A DNA stretch of 64,000 bases, taken from contig OZ241827.1 of assembly GCA_965202585.1 (NCBI GenBank), forward strand, positions 77,748,001-77,812,000, read 5' to 3'. Made by a program: the position numbers and the translations under genes. Each line of letters begins with the position of its first letter. Position 1 is the stretch's first letter. The notes under the pieces are model-generated. The model was not told the origin of the DNA and did no database searches. It saw only the letters and a program-made list of their open reading frames with translations. Positions 1 to 13,510 of this stretch are shown here, one piece after another. Source of the stretch: Thalia democratica (taxonomy: Eukaryota).

Positions 1-2089
1 AGTTTGGTTCGAATTTTTGTCATATGTCTTTTTTCAATTATTTACGACAGAATGTTTTAAATATTATAAGTAGCATTTCCTATAAGTTTGAGGTGTTTAT
101 CCCATAAAACGTAGGAGAAGGTATATTTTTAGTAAAATATTCTTTTCTCTCTGTTTTACTTTGTGTCTCCTAAAAGGAACCTATTGTTGCCTCCGACTTT
201 GACTTGCTATATCTCAAAAACTATTTTGAATTTAAAAAATCTATAAAAAGCTTCTTGTAGCTGAGTAAAAAGGCTATAAAATAAAGATCAAATGATAAAA
301 AAACATTTAACCCCTTTCGTCCTTAGAATAAAGTAATTGAAAAACCCCTGCAGAATTTAAATAATTGTTTAACTTAATTTAAATAAACACAGTGTTTATT
401 ACCAAGTGTGCTGTGCACTATTATAAATAAAAAACTACAACACAGCAAATAAAACTAAATATTTACACAATTTTATTAAAAGTAAACTTTTGTATAAACT
501 TGTAAGCTTCAACTAACTTTTACAGAACAAATGTTAAAATATTATTTTTGGTTAGGTAAACTATAAATACACCACCAGCTTATTATTATAGTAATATTGA
601 ATAAATTTTATGTGGACAAACTAAACTTTTTATTCAAACAAATTAACCCTACTAAATAACACATAGTTTAAAACAATAAATTTTACAAATTCATTAAACT
701 CAAATCAGTTTAAGTTGCTACGGTTATATAAAACAATAACCAAGTAGATGCTGTCTGTGATCTTTTACATCAAAAGTTAACCCACATATATTAAATACAC
801 TTTGTTTAACTTTTAAACTACAAAATTAAGTTATCAGTGATACGTGAGTTATAGAAACTAGAAAACATCAAATATAGATACTTCACTTAAATACCTAGTG
901 TTTTAAAGTAAGTTGAAAAATTACTAAACGTGTTTCATCTTAAAAAACTTATGGTTTTTAAAACCTTAAATGAACAGTAGTAAAAATTAGTTTTAAGAGT
1001 AATTATTGATAAACAAATTTAAAATACTCTTTAATGTTTTTTTAGATTTGATTATTTTAAGTTTTTACATTATGACCAATAATTTAAAGTTACCAGTATA
1101 GAAATTTATGAACTTAAAAATAATTTAATTTTCAATTCTAAGCATATCTCAAACAGCTGTTTAAACAAATTACGAAAAAACAGTAAGTAATTTTAAAATA
1201 TGCAAATATGCACAATGGTGTAGACATATATTTTAAATAGGTTTTAAAGATGAGGTAATTACTATACAAATTTTGAAATATATAAAGTTTATCATAAACT
1301 ATAATTTAGTATAAACTTTTAAAATTCTTAAACATTTTTCAATCTAGCTTTATTAATTGGTTAATAATGCGTTTTTACGCTAAATTGTCTAATGTACTAA
1401 ATTTTTAGATTTCTATTTATTGACTGGCTCTGTGGAGTTAAATGAAAGTTTTACATTAGCAGGCTAGCCAAGTAAAAAAGTTATGTTTCTTATACGTCCA
1501 AATTTTATTATTTTGTCGTGATTCATTCTAAGACTTTTTGTTATATATAACTAAGTAATTGTATGTTTTTTAATTAAAAATAAGATTAAAACACATCTAA
1601 CACGTATACCAAACAAGTTATTGAGTGTAAATCTGTTAAGAAAAAAAAAATTTCAAAGTATTTTAAAGTACATATTTACTCACTTTAATAATTTATTTGC
1701 AAAATAGCTTTAGTTTAACTAACAAATTTTTATTTTATTTTTTAATTTCAACTATTAAAAATGTAACTTTGTCTAAGTCTTTAACTAATATTTACTTGTT
1801 AACATATGTATGTTTCACTTTAGGTTCAAACAGTTGCTTCAAACACGTAATGTCAAACTTCAATAAACAAATTCTGTTTGAAATAATTGAATAGAGAAAA
1901 TAACCTCAAACCATCTTAGAGGGTCGTAAATTATTTAAATCTGAATTCTAGAACCGTTTAAATAGCTAAGGGGAACAGCTTTTGAGCAATTAAAAACGGT
2001 TACAATCTAAACTATTTCACCATTAAAACTAGCAAAAAATTTATTTAACATAGCAACATTTTTTAGAATATCTTTAAATAAAAACTTAC

Positions 2090-2211
2090 GTTCAAGGAAT
2101 TTCAGGTTTCGCACCATATTGTTTTGCCGGGCAAAGTCAACAGCCAAGTAGCAATTCACATCGGATACTTCTGGCGACAATGCAATTCTGAATGCTGGTG
2201 ACATTGTGATT
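2090..2211 (-). CDS. Orphan minus-strand exon of an unidentified gene (possibly ankyrin-like)
   Basis: Minus strand reads cttaaacag|AATCACAATG...TTCCTTGAAC|gtaagt. One open frame (ITMSPAFRIALSPEVSDVNCYLAVDFARQNNMVRNLKFLE), GC higher than the flanks. No partner exons could be joined with confidence. Confidence 0.45.
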
Positions 2212-3379
2212 CTGTTTAAGTACATAACTTAATTAGTTTTTACTGTTTAAGATTATATCTCCTTTTAAAATTATACCAAAATATATTTACTGACGTTTTT
2301 ACGACAATTAAATATTTAAAATTAATATTGAATATTATACTTTTTTTAATAATTCAAGTTATAACAAAATACACATCTACTACTTATTTTCTTAGTCTTT
2401 AAAATAATTTGTTTAGTTAAAAAAAAAACTTTAAAAGCTTACTTAAATTATACCTCGGTTATATTAGTTATGACATAAACAAATCTTTATTAATATACGG
2501 TTATTGATATAATTTTAGAGGTCATTCTCAAAAAAAAGCTTTACTTTTTTGTTTTCAGGTAGAAAAAATCAGTAGCATTTAAACGTAATATTAGCTACTA
2601 CTTTGTCAGCTGAAGTTTTTTTAGAATTGCAAACAAAGAATTTGTTGGAAATATCAACAATAAAAGTGTTTTTGTAGCCGGATTATCCTTGAAAATAGCA
2701 ACAAACCGCTTTCAAAACGCACAAATATCGACATTTCTGATTTTTATTGCAGCTACACGTTTGAACTGATGCTTGCTATTTCACTACATTTATCAAAGGC
2801 TGCAACTAGTCACTACTCTACACCCTAGCACAGAAATACACCCTGACTCACAGCCAATTGTTTGCTGATAAATGCTGCGCAGGTTATTGTGGCTTGTGAT
2901 AAATATTTGCAATTTAAATCGATAAAGTTAGATGTAAAGCGCATTAAATTCCTATATACGTGCATGACTTCAAGTTCAAGTTTAATTGTTAAATACGTTT
3001 TAATTCAATGGGATTAGTCAAGTTACTCAAGAGCTCTATCTACGACTTGTGATACAACATTGAATAACAAGTTTGGATTTTATGATTGGCTAATCACACC
3101 TTGATAAAAAGCAGTTAAAATTTGTAAAATACAATGTTAAATACATAATTATTTTTAGTCCATTTTTAAGCATTAAAGTAAAAGTAAAAACAACGAACTT
3201 TGTTAATTGTTTAAATTTTACACAGCTTTTAAAAGTACTGCAAACAACTGAACAGCATTGCAATTAAAAACGCTATCTGTTGTATTTATTTAAATTCAAA
3301 GATAACTTCAAAAAACTAAAGCCTGAAAACCTTTGTTTATTTTTTATTTAGATTAAAATAGATTAAAATAAATAAGGAC

Positions 3380-4540
3380 TAAGGTAAAAACAGTGGTTGT
3401 AGAGACTTAAAACAGAAGAGATAGTATAATTACCTAACTATAAATGTTTAAATAAAAACATATTTTTTAGAGCCTTTAAATTTTAACTTACACTGATCTT
3501 GTTGAACATTGCAAGTGCTGACACATAATTCAACAATCCAATTTATCCCAGCTCGCTTCAAGTAACATATACCGGTTTCAAAATAATTAGTAATGCTAAT
3601 TCTTTTCAATATTTATTTACCTGTCAGATTAATTACTATTACATTTCCTATACTTTGTTTCGATTCACAGAAAAAAATAAAACTTTGAAACTGCTACTAA
3701 AACGTTTATGTTTGGTAATCAATATTATTGGAAAAGTAGCAATGGAAATTTACCTATAATAGTTTTGAAAATTCACTTAAAGGTTTTTTGTTAAGATAAT
3801 TATTTGCTAGCAGATTTACTAAAATTTAACTACGATAATTTATTAATATTAAAGCAAAACGTAGAAAAATTAGATATATTACTCTAACTATTATATAATT
3901 AAACAAGACTTTAAGTAGTATGTATATAATATATAAGATCTTAGTAATTTAACGAAGGATTTTATTAGTTATTAGTTTCCATTATATATATTAGTTAGCA
4001 CGAAGTTTTTTAGAGCTTTCAAGTCCCATTATGACGTATGGCTGTTTAAATTTGCTGAAAACAAATAAAAGCACAAATTATATGTCTGGTTCGAACTCTG
4101 AACATTTAATAAACATTTTTTCTATATGCGTTGTTTGTACATAAATCAAGTAAAGTATACTTTAGTAATTGAAGTATGTAAGTAATTTCAGTTATGTTAA
4201 TTTGTTATCTCTATGATTATTTACCAACATTTATTATTAAGTTTTTACAGTACTAATTCTATTTACATATGTAGATAAAATTGTTTGATAAAGTAGTTAA
4301 AGTCTTATTGTAAACAAAATATGCTACTTACAACTTTTAAACAAAAATTATAGTTTAGTATTAATTAATTTATAGGCAACAACGCTGGAGTATGGAAAAT
4401 TTAAAAAACCTTCGGTGGTTTGAGCGTTGTTAAGTGGCCAACAACCCAAAATGAATACAGCGACACTGTGCGGACAGAAACGTTAACTGTAGAAGCTCGC
4501 GATGGTGGTCAAATTTCTGGTGCTTCGATTCTATAAAACA
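3380..4540 (+). pseudogene. P1: decayed partial duplicate of copy A intron 10/exon 11 (about 28350-29530)
   Basis: 4376-4530 (GCAACAACGCTGGAGTATGG...GTAGAAGCTCGCGATGGTGGTCAAA) is an indel-disrupted copy of exon 29377-29632, truncated mid-exon. Intron blocks at about 3490-3650 and 4005-4090 match 28470-28630 and 28980-29070. Confidence 0.85.
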
Positions 4541-4559
4541 TGGTATATGCACTAAAATA

Positions 4560-7500
4560 ACCACAAACTGAACTTAGTAAATTGTTTTTCTATTTATTGT
4601 TTTTGTTGTCAAGAAAAATAAAAGTTTCTGTTGTTGATAAAAGACATTACTTTTAAATTTTAGGCTGAGTACTTAAAAACAGTTAGTAAAAAAAACATTG
4701 TTATACTTAGATATTTACTTTACTTACGATGATAAAAGTTGTTAAATAAATCAACATGGGTTTTATAGTTGATTGATTCCTAATTTTTACCATAAGTGTG
4801 TCCTTATTATGTTTTAAGCTAACATAATTACTGTACTATATTATAACGATAGTGTCATCACTTTTGTTTGAAATATTTCACGGATTGTTTGAAGTGGTCA
4901 AATTTGAATTTTTGTTTCCTTACAAAAATACATATTTGACAGCTTAAATATAGAAATTTAATAAAAGCAGCCACAAGTAAAATATTTTAATTTTTTTCTT
5001 CAAATTTTATCAAAAGTTCAACTTTTATATTGTAACCTTTTTACTTTAAAAACTTGTTGTTGAGATCAAAACAAGTTGAATTTAATATGTATGACATGTT
5101 TTAAGAATATAAACGTGAGAAATACATTAAATTTTTTGATTTACAGATTTTTCGTTATTTAAAGTTTATACACTCTAAATACTGACAGAGTTTTAATAAA
5201 GTTGTTTAGAATATGTAAATTTTTTTTGCTATAACTTTACACCAGTTTACATTAAATTGTTTGTACCTTGCATTGAACATACACAAAAATAAACAAAGTT
5301 GTTAAAACAAAAAAACTTCGAAAGCTCGAGTTACTTTATTTTTATACCCAAGCTACAACAAACAATGTTAGATATTTTGAAATCTATTGAGTGGTACATT
5401 TAATGGTTTAGTGCAGTTTGAAAAAATTAAAACAAGATAAATTAAATTTTGACATAGACTACTTGAATTCAAAACAGTAAATTGAAATAAATTGTTGAAA
5501 TAGAATAAAAATAAAAATTAAATGTACAGAAAAAGTTATTCTTTATTTACAGGAGACTAGTTTAAAATACTTAATAAAATTCAGACTTCTTGGGTGGTTA
5601 CTTCAAAGGAAACCAAAAATCTAAAAATAATAATAAATAATAATATAAACTATTATAAGTTTTACCAAAATGTTTATTCTTAATTATCACAAAGATAAAC
5701 AACAACGTATTCTTAGACAACTTAATTTATCATATGTTATCTTACAAATATTAATAAAATATTTTTATCAACAAAAAATATAATCTAAGTACATTTTCGA
5801 ACATAAATAGATTACTTAATTTTAGTATAAGAAAAATTAAGCATTTGATAATAAGGTTTACCATACTTCCAAACGATTTAAACAAAAAACTCTTCAAGGA
5901 ACAATTTTTATGCCCTAAAAAGTAGCTTGTAAACTCTAAAGTTACGTATCATAAAACGTCAAAAATTTACGTTAATTTTCACAGCATTCCCACGCTTTTT
6001 AGTTTCTTGTGTTTTTACTGCAATTATGACGTAGTTCAGAATATATAAATTGAACTTGTTTTATTTTAAGCTATGTTATGACTACGCTAAGTTAAGTGAT
6101 TTTTTTACATTTGTCAATTTAAGATAATCTAAAACATTTTAAAAATATTTTAAGTTTATTTATAGTTAACTAAAAATATATCTGTACATTTTACTCAATT
6201 AAAACCAGTGTAATTTTTGTTTGTAATAAAAACTATGGACTCAGTGAAACTCATAATAGTTTTATATAAAACGTCCACTAACAGCACGATCAAGTATTTT
6301 ACTAAAAAGTCTAAAAATAATTTTAGACTAGTTACACCCTGAAATATTGCATAACATAGAGTAATATAAGTGAAATCTATGTTGTGGTTTTATGTTTAAT
6401 GAAGTTTAAGAAAATCATGTTCTATTGTTTTATCAACTTTTTATTATATTTCTAAGTCAAACTTGTACTGCAAATCAGCTGGTACCAAATTTGGTTGATG
6501 GATTGAACTAACACAAGTTTCGATTGTAATCAGTTTTAGATTAATATTTGTCTAACTCTTATATAGTATAATATATATAACTTATATAGTTTACTTTTTA
6601 ACTGAAAGTTTTTTAAACAAAACTAGACTTTACTAAAAGAAACAAAATTTCAATTTTAGTTTTATATTGTTTTTTTTTTAGTTTATTAGTCAATAAAAAA
6701 GTCAATTTTTACGACTGAACGTAGTTTTTTAGGGATTTATTTTAATTAAAAACAATTTTTTATAAAAATTGTTTTATTTAAACTAACTAAAATACATAAC
6801 TTTGTGTTTAAAACTATCGTTTATAATTAAAATTTTTAATTTTGTTTACATTAAGCTCTACATTTATTGTTTGCTCATACAAATAAAACAATGAAATATG
6901 TCAACAAAGTGGAAACTCTTCTGAAAGTTTTAACTCTATGACGTAAATAACTCCCGTCGTGAAATTAAATTTTTAATTTCTTACACAACTGTTTTTTGCA
7001 TTTTAAATAAACTTTTTTAACTGAACTCTTGGTTTGAGATTTATGTCAGTGTAGTTAAGAATCTAACTTTACTTAAAAAAGAATATCTGTTAAAATATTC
7101 TTGTTGAAAACTCAACTATATAAAAGTACTGTTTCACTTTAAATAGCATTTGACTACGTGTTTTAATTAGATTTTCTTTCTTTTTAGGTCTGATAATCTG
7201 AACACTTTGAACTGGCCTGACATGAATCAAAAACTCTAAGTTTACACAAAACGATAAAAACTTTTTGAATAAAAACATATTGTCTAATTTGATTTGAAAC
7301 ATTTTTAATTTACAAAATACTTACTTAACGCGTAGTTTATTTAAATTTAGACTACTTATAAAAAATTTCAAATAATTTATGATTTTTTTTTTAATTTGCT
7401 ACTAAAAGATTTTTTTCCAGATTTTACATCATTTAAAAAAAAAAATTGTTTATTATTTTTTTCTCCTTTTTTTTACATGAAAATACTAACCTATTAACTC

Positions 7501-10500
7501 TAAAACTATTAAAAACCCTAAGCTTATATATTTTCTCTTTGCGTAATTAGTTTTAAAAACAATTAATATTTCAAATTGATCTTGACCTACGATTATTGAG
7601 AGAAATCTTCAAGCAATTTAAATAAAAAAGTTTTTATTTTCCCAAGAACAAACATTTGTGTTATTAATTGACCAAAAAGTTATATGCAAAAATTTTAGTA
7701 AAATAAAAATATTTATTGAACGCAAATTTACAGCGAAATGTGTATTAGTTTGTTATACATTTTAAAACTAATATAGTTATCATAATTAATTGATCGTAAA
7801 TCAATTAATTAAATGTTGTATTAAGTTTCTCATTGAGTAAGTCATAATAGTATAACATATTCTTTTTTGATTTGTATTTGCAAATTCTAGTTTTAATTCT
7901 TAAAACAAAAATAGAATTCAAAGGTAATTAATTTTATCATCCTAAGGTCCAGTGAGTATAAATCTTAACCAGGAAAACTTATATAAAGGTAGACTTTTTA
8001 TCTAGTCACATAAAAATTTAATGTCGGATATACGGTATTGGAGAAATGAACAAAATTCACAAGAAATATCAGCTATCAATTTAATTTCATAAGTTTAAAT
8101 TGATTAACAGTTTCTTAATAGACATTTCCTTTTTTTACACTATTACTCCTAAAAAATAAGTATAAAACTCCTAAGTTTCAATAAAAATTACAAAAAATGT
8201 TCAGATATTACCTGATTCACCAACAATTAGTTCAACCAACTAAAGCAAACATTTTTGTGGCAATTGGTCAAAGTGTTTGCAACTTATTTACAAGTTGTTT
8301 TTTCAGTCTTCTTTGAAAGATATCAAAAAAAATTATAAGCTTCAAAAATATAAACTATAACTAATAAATTACGGGTGTGTTTGAAACTCCAACGATACAT
8401 TTAAAGCTACAGAATTCAAATAAAAGCGTATCGAACTTACCAAGAAGCAATGAATCTTAAATACTCATTGATTAAAATGAATTGCTACATAATAAATGAA
8501 AATACGGGAGTTATATACACAAGCAGAACCAATTACCGACTAAATTCAAAGCAAACAATAAGGGTAAATGTTTATTCAAAGACATTCTATTGTAAGTTTT
8601 ATTATATAATTCAAAAAATACGATAACTCTCCTTGTTTGCTAAATTTAAGAAAAAAAAAACAAATCAAAACTATTTAAATTACAGGTGTTAGTAACTAAA
8701 TTTTTTTAGTTCATTTTCTGTACAATTAACCATAACCTGGGTTGAACGACCAAGCTTGCCAAGAAAGTCTAAACTTGCATTTGAAGAGAGAATTCATAGA
8801 TACAAATATCAGGAACATACAAATTTCAAACCTTACAGAGACAGATTTGTTGCAACTATCAAACATGTAAAATCAATATACAACAAAAACTTGCAATACA
8901 TGATAATTGGTTAGTAAAAAAAAACTTGTCTGTGTAAAAATAACGTCAAAAATAAATATACTGTAATAAAAATTCTTTTTTTTTATATATGTTTCACAAA
9001 CAACTCTATTATTTGCAAAAAACAATTACTTTAATTATTTTTTTGGAGTTAATATTAATTTGTAAATATTAGTTTTAGATAAAAATGATACTTTTGTTCA
9101 AATTTTCTTATGCACAAAAGTACAGTTTAAAAAATTTTGATATGTTATAGGGACAATAAATTAGTAGTAAATATATATATTTAGAAAAAGTATTTAAAGT
9201 TTTATTTTTTGAAATAGGATATTTACTTTGTATAATAAACTGTTTAGCTTATAATTTTGACAATTATTAAAGAATTTTTAACAATCTTTAAAGTTCTAAC
9301 ATCAGACGAAAACTAATAAAAGCAAGTTATTTTGTATCATAATAAAGATTAATGTATAACAGAAACTTCTAATCTGACAACACATTGACCCGATAATCAG
9401 ACAAAATAAACCGATATCCGTCTGATGCGGTTAAACGCGGCCTGCCAAAATATTTTGATGGTTTTCTGAAGGGTTTACAATATATAAAAAGTTTAAATTT
9501 ACAAAATTCCAATGTAGTCTGTTAATAATTGCAAAAAATTTTAAAGAGTTTATTTGAAATATTTTAAGAAAAAATTTTATTTGAAAAGTAGCTACAGGTG
9601 AAAGACCCAATAAACGTTTTTTAGTTTTTTAATGAGGATTAAGAATCATATATTGTGTTCAAACGTTTCAAGTATTTTAGACTATCACTTGTTAGAAAAA
9701 ACCCATAGTTAAAACAATTGTATTATAGAGTGTGCTCACACAACGCTTTTAAAACGCTGTACACTTTGAGACATCAATTGATAAATTCAATCGATATTTT
9801 TTGTCACCAGAGAATATTAATTTAATGCAGCTTATATCCGCCTCAAACTTTACTAAACGAATCACACATAAGATGGTGATTAATTGTAATTTCAATTTAG
9901 TTTATTTTCTAAGTATATAAGAAAAGGCAACATATTGCTGTTTTATTAATTTGTTTTTTTTATAAAACTTATTTTTTGAAATCAAAAATGTATAATGTAT
10001 TTTTAAACTTAAACAAGAAAAGGTAACATAAAACAATAAAAATATATAGTCATTTTTTCTGTCAAAACAGATGGTAATGAAGATTTTATGTTCTTTTTGT
10101 ATCCAAACAACGGAAGTTTGAATGTATTTGGTGAACCTTATTCAGAAAATATAAATAAGAATTAATTAAGTTTTCAAATTTAAAATGAACAAGCTACTAA
10201 ACCAACACAAATCAACTGTTTTATTTGACCTTTATAAATGTTTAATTAAAAACTTGAAAAAAGTTATTTGTTTTTTAAGGTTTAATATCACTTAATTTTT
10301 AATCAGTAAATTATAATAGTTTTGATAACAAATTTTGACAAAAGAAAAACACTACCGTTAAGAATACAAAAAAAAAGAAATTTAAGGTATATTTAATCTT
10401 TAAGTAACTGTATTCTTTGAAGATAAAAATGATAATCAACCACAATTTGATAGTTCGATTATTCGTAAAAATTAATGGAAAACGAATAAACAATTTAGTG

Positions 10501-13500
10501 ACTAAACTATCAGCAAATGATGCAGATAATCAAGCTTCGAACAGAAATTTTGTTTACAAATTAGTTGGTGCTGCAGACAGAAATAGTTTGGATAAATTTA
10601 CTGTCACATCAGACGGTTTGTAATACTTGTACAAACTAAAACTGTATACAGCAAGGGCTTTATATAAATAAACTTTCTAAGCAGGTCAAGTAAGAACATA
10701 AAGTAAATTGAATCGAGAAAGACAAAATAAACATCATTTAGTTCAAGTTCATGTGATTAACTTAAAGTTAGAAGTATTTTTTTACATTGATCGTTTTCTT
10801 GTGTCTATTAAGTAATAACAAGTTTCTTCAGTTAAAGATTGTTAATTTATTACTTTTTGTTGAGTATACAAAAGATTAAGCACAAGCTTTTGACTTATCT
10901 TGCAAAAAAAAACTGTTACGTTATAATTACTTTCAATGACGTCAACAAACATTTCGTCATCAGTCAAAATTATCGAGCCCGTTTTTTCACCGATGGTGAA
11001 AACCCTAGTTTGCCCGAATACATAAAAGTGTATCGCATGATTAAAGGTAGCAAGTTAGGGGAAACTATTTGTGGACGCAGTAGATGAAGATTTTGGTCGA
11101 AATGGAAAAATCACTCAGACAGTTGTTGACGGTAAATATTTAGTAAAGTTTTTGTAAATAGTCAATTAAATTTAAATAATTTTTAAGCTATTTTAAAGCA
11201 GCTTTTTATGTTTTGTCAACAACTTTTTAACGTACTAGATAAGGTAATATTTAAAAGAAGTTTTATTGCTGTCAGATAACTTAAGAGTATTAATTACCAG
11301 TTGTTTAATAAAACAGTTTAGCTATTTAAATACTCAACTTTAAATTAAAAAAACTATGAAATTCTAAGCATCATAAAATAGTATATTTGTTTTAGATGCA
11401 TATCAAAACAAACTTTTAACTCTTTCATTTTTCATAAAAATGCTAAAACACAAACTGTAATTTCTTTTTTTTTTTTTGAATATTGAAACACAAAATACAA
11501 TACATTATATTTAATTTTATTTTTATATCAAATAATTAAAATCGATTAATTCGACAAAAAATATTTCATAACGAACCAAACAGAAGTAATCACACTATTT
11601 TTACTTTTAATACCCTTTCTTTAAACCTGGATTCTATAACATTTTAATCGTTAAAAATATAAAATTGGTCTTCTTAGTAAATTTAATTTAAGCTTTCCTT
11701 TTTTTAAATAATAAAAATCAATCTCTTCTTTTTCGAACTTGCGCTATAGAGTTTATCTTATAATATTTTCAATTTTAAATGAAAGGTTATTGCTTTCTTC
11801 CAAAAAAATTTCATTAATTTCCGTTAGATTTCCTTTTTTTTTTTCTTTCGTTTTAAAGTTTTTAAAAGTCTTTTAACTTATTAGTTTATTTTTATCTATC
11901 TATTGAGTGTTTTTTAACTTTATAAATGTAAACAATTACTTAAGTGTTTTTCAAAGATGTACTTCGTTGTATAATGTTATTAATATTAAAATGAAAAAGA
12001 TGATTTCTTCTCATAATTGAAAACTTTTTTGAGTTGTAAATCTAGACTATATACTTTTTAAAATCACAATACATTGGTTTCCTTATTATCATAATGAAAG
12101 AAAGCATTGAAATAGTGACGAAATACAAATTAAGTTCTTTTTGAAGTGTAACTAACAATTTAAAAACAGACAATGAGTTAGAAACGCGTCAGGTTTTAGT
12201 ATAGCTGGCAATTAGAGGTCACACTTGACTTTGCCACTCAGTAATTACTTTACACTGAATTACAATTTTAAAACTTGATTGCATTAGATAAAAATTGCAT
12301 ATTGTTGGTAGGCTAAAAGTTCTTAATATTTCTAACTTATTAGAAACTTTTTATACAAGCTCTTTGAAAAGCTTTATAAAAGTGTAAATGATATATGTAC
12401 GTACATCTATATTTTTATGAAACGACTTAACATAGGTTTGTATTAAATTAAACAAAAAATAAGATCAAAACAATGGTTCTAGAAACTTCAAACATAAACA
12501 TTAGTATAATTATCTAATAAAAACAATTATTATTTCTTATCTAGACAGAAACAGATGTTTACAAAACCTTTAAAATCTGCCTGACACTGATCTCTTTAAG
12601 ACTTTAAAATTTCTGACGCATAATTCAATCATCCAATTGATCCCAGTCTACTTCAAATTATATCTACCGGTTTTGAAATAATATAGTGATGCTAATTGTT
12701 TTTAATATTTGATAACTTATCAGATTAATCACCGACTCGTTTCCTCTACTTAATTTAATTAAAAGAACAGAAAATAATTTGGACTACCGCTAATTAAACT
12801 AAATGAAGTATTGAATAACATTGATAATGTTAGTTAATTTCATACACAAAACAGTTAAATTTTGTTTCTTGACGTGGCAAAAAATCAACCAAAGTCTTAT
12901 AATTGTAGATACACACTAGCTTTAAGAGAACTTTCATAGATAGTACAGTCAATTAGAGAAAATTAACCTATATACTTTTAAGCAGCCTTTTAAAATTGTA
13001 TTGTATAAAATTTTAATAATTTAATGGAGCAGTTGTTAGCGGTTTTTGCACCTTTTCATTGTAAACTTTAGCACTAAGTTTTATAGACATTTTAAGTCCG
13101 ATTATGACGTATGACTGTTGACATTTGCTGAAAACAAACAAAAGCACAAACTTTATGTCTGGCTTAGTTTTGTTAGTAGTATTTAACAAACTTTAGCGCT
13201 TTTTTACGTTTAAGAAACTAATATTCACCTTAAATGTTAATCTTAAAGAACAAACGTTTGTGAAAAAGTATTTATTTTTAATGACATTTTTAAATGGAAA
13301 GTGTTTTTGAAGTAAATTTAATTAATAGAATCTATTGACAAACGCATATTACATTATAAGTTAGTTTATTAAATATTTTAAACCTACTTTAGGTATTACA
13401 TTAAAAATGTACCTCATAATTTAAAACTACTTCAATTGAACTAAAATCTAATTACAACATGAAAACAGCGACACTATGCGAACAGAAATTTTAACAGTAG

Positions 13501-13510
13501 AAGCTCGAAA
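4560..13510 (+). pseudogene. P2: about 9-kb decayed internal duplicate of copy A (about 20190-29500; exons 3-11)
   Basis: Colinear pseudo-exons: about 6457-6530 (acceptor base lost), about 7935-8070 (TGG>TAG, donor lost), 8413-8563 (intact), 8686-8909 (stop, -2 nt), 10071-10210 (TAA at 10163), about 10400-10615 (frameshifts), 10685- (TAA at 10699), about 10905-11131 (acceptor lost, 5-nt deletion), about 13455-13510 (fragment). Confidence 0.9.

Noticed and set aside
100-330. MITE-like text and TTAACCCCTTTCG (piggyBac-like end)
   Set aside because: No matching opposite terminal repeat or transposase in the window. The best candidate (AGAAGGGGTTAA near 19355) is only about 10 bp and is not kept in copy B.
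1697-1894. Short AT-rich ORFs in the track (also 7090, 10311, 13604, 19955, 27586, 28956, 37860, 42973, 45802, 51762, 52110)
   Set aside because: Composition typical of intron noise (F/L/I/K/N-rich), near-cognate starts, no splice or domain support.
4560-13510. Dscam-style array of functional mutually exclusive exons
   Set aside because: All but one of the duplicated exons have stops, frameshifts or lost splice sites.
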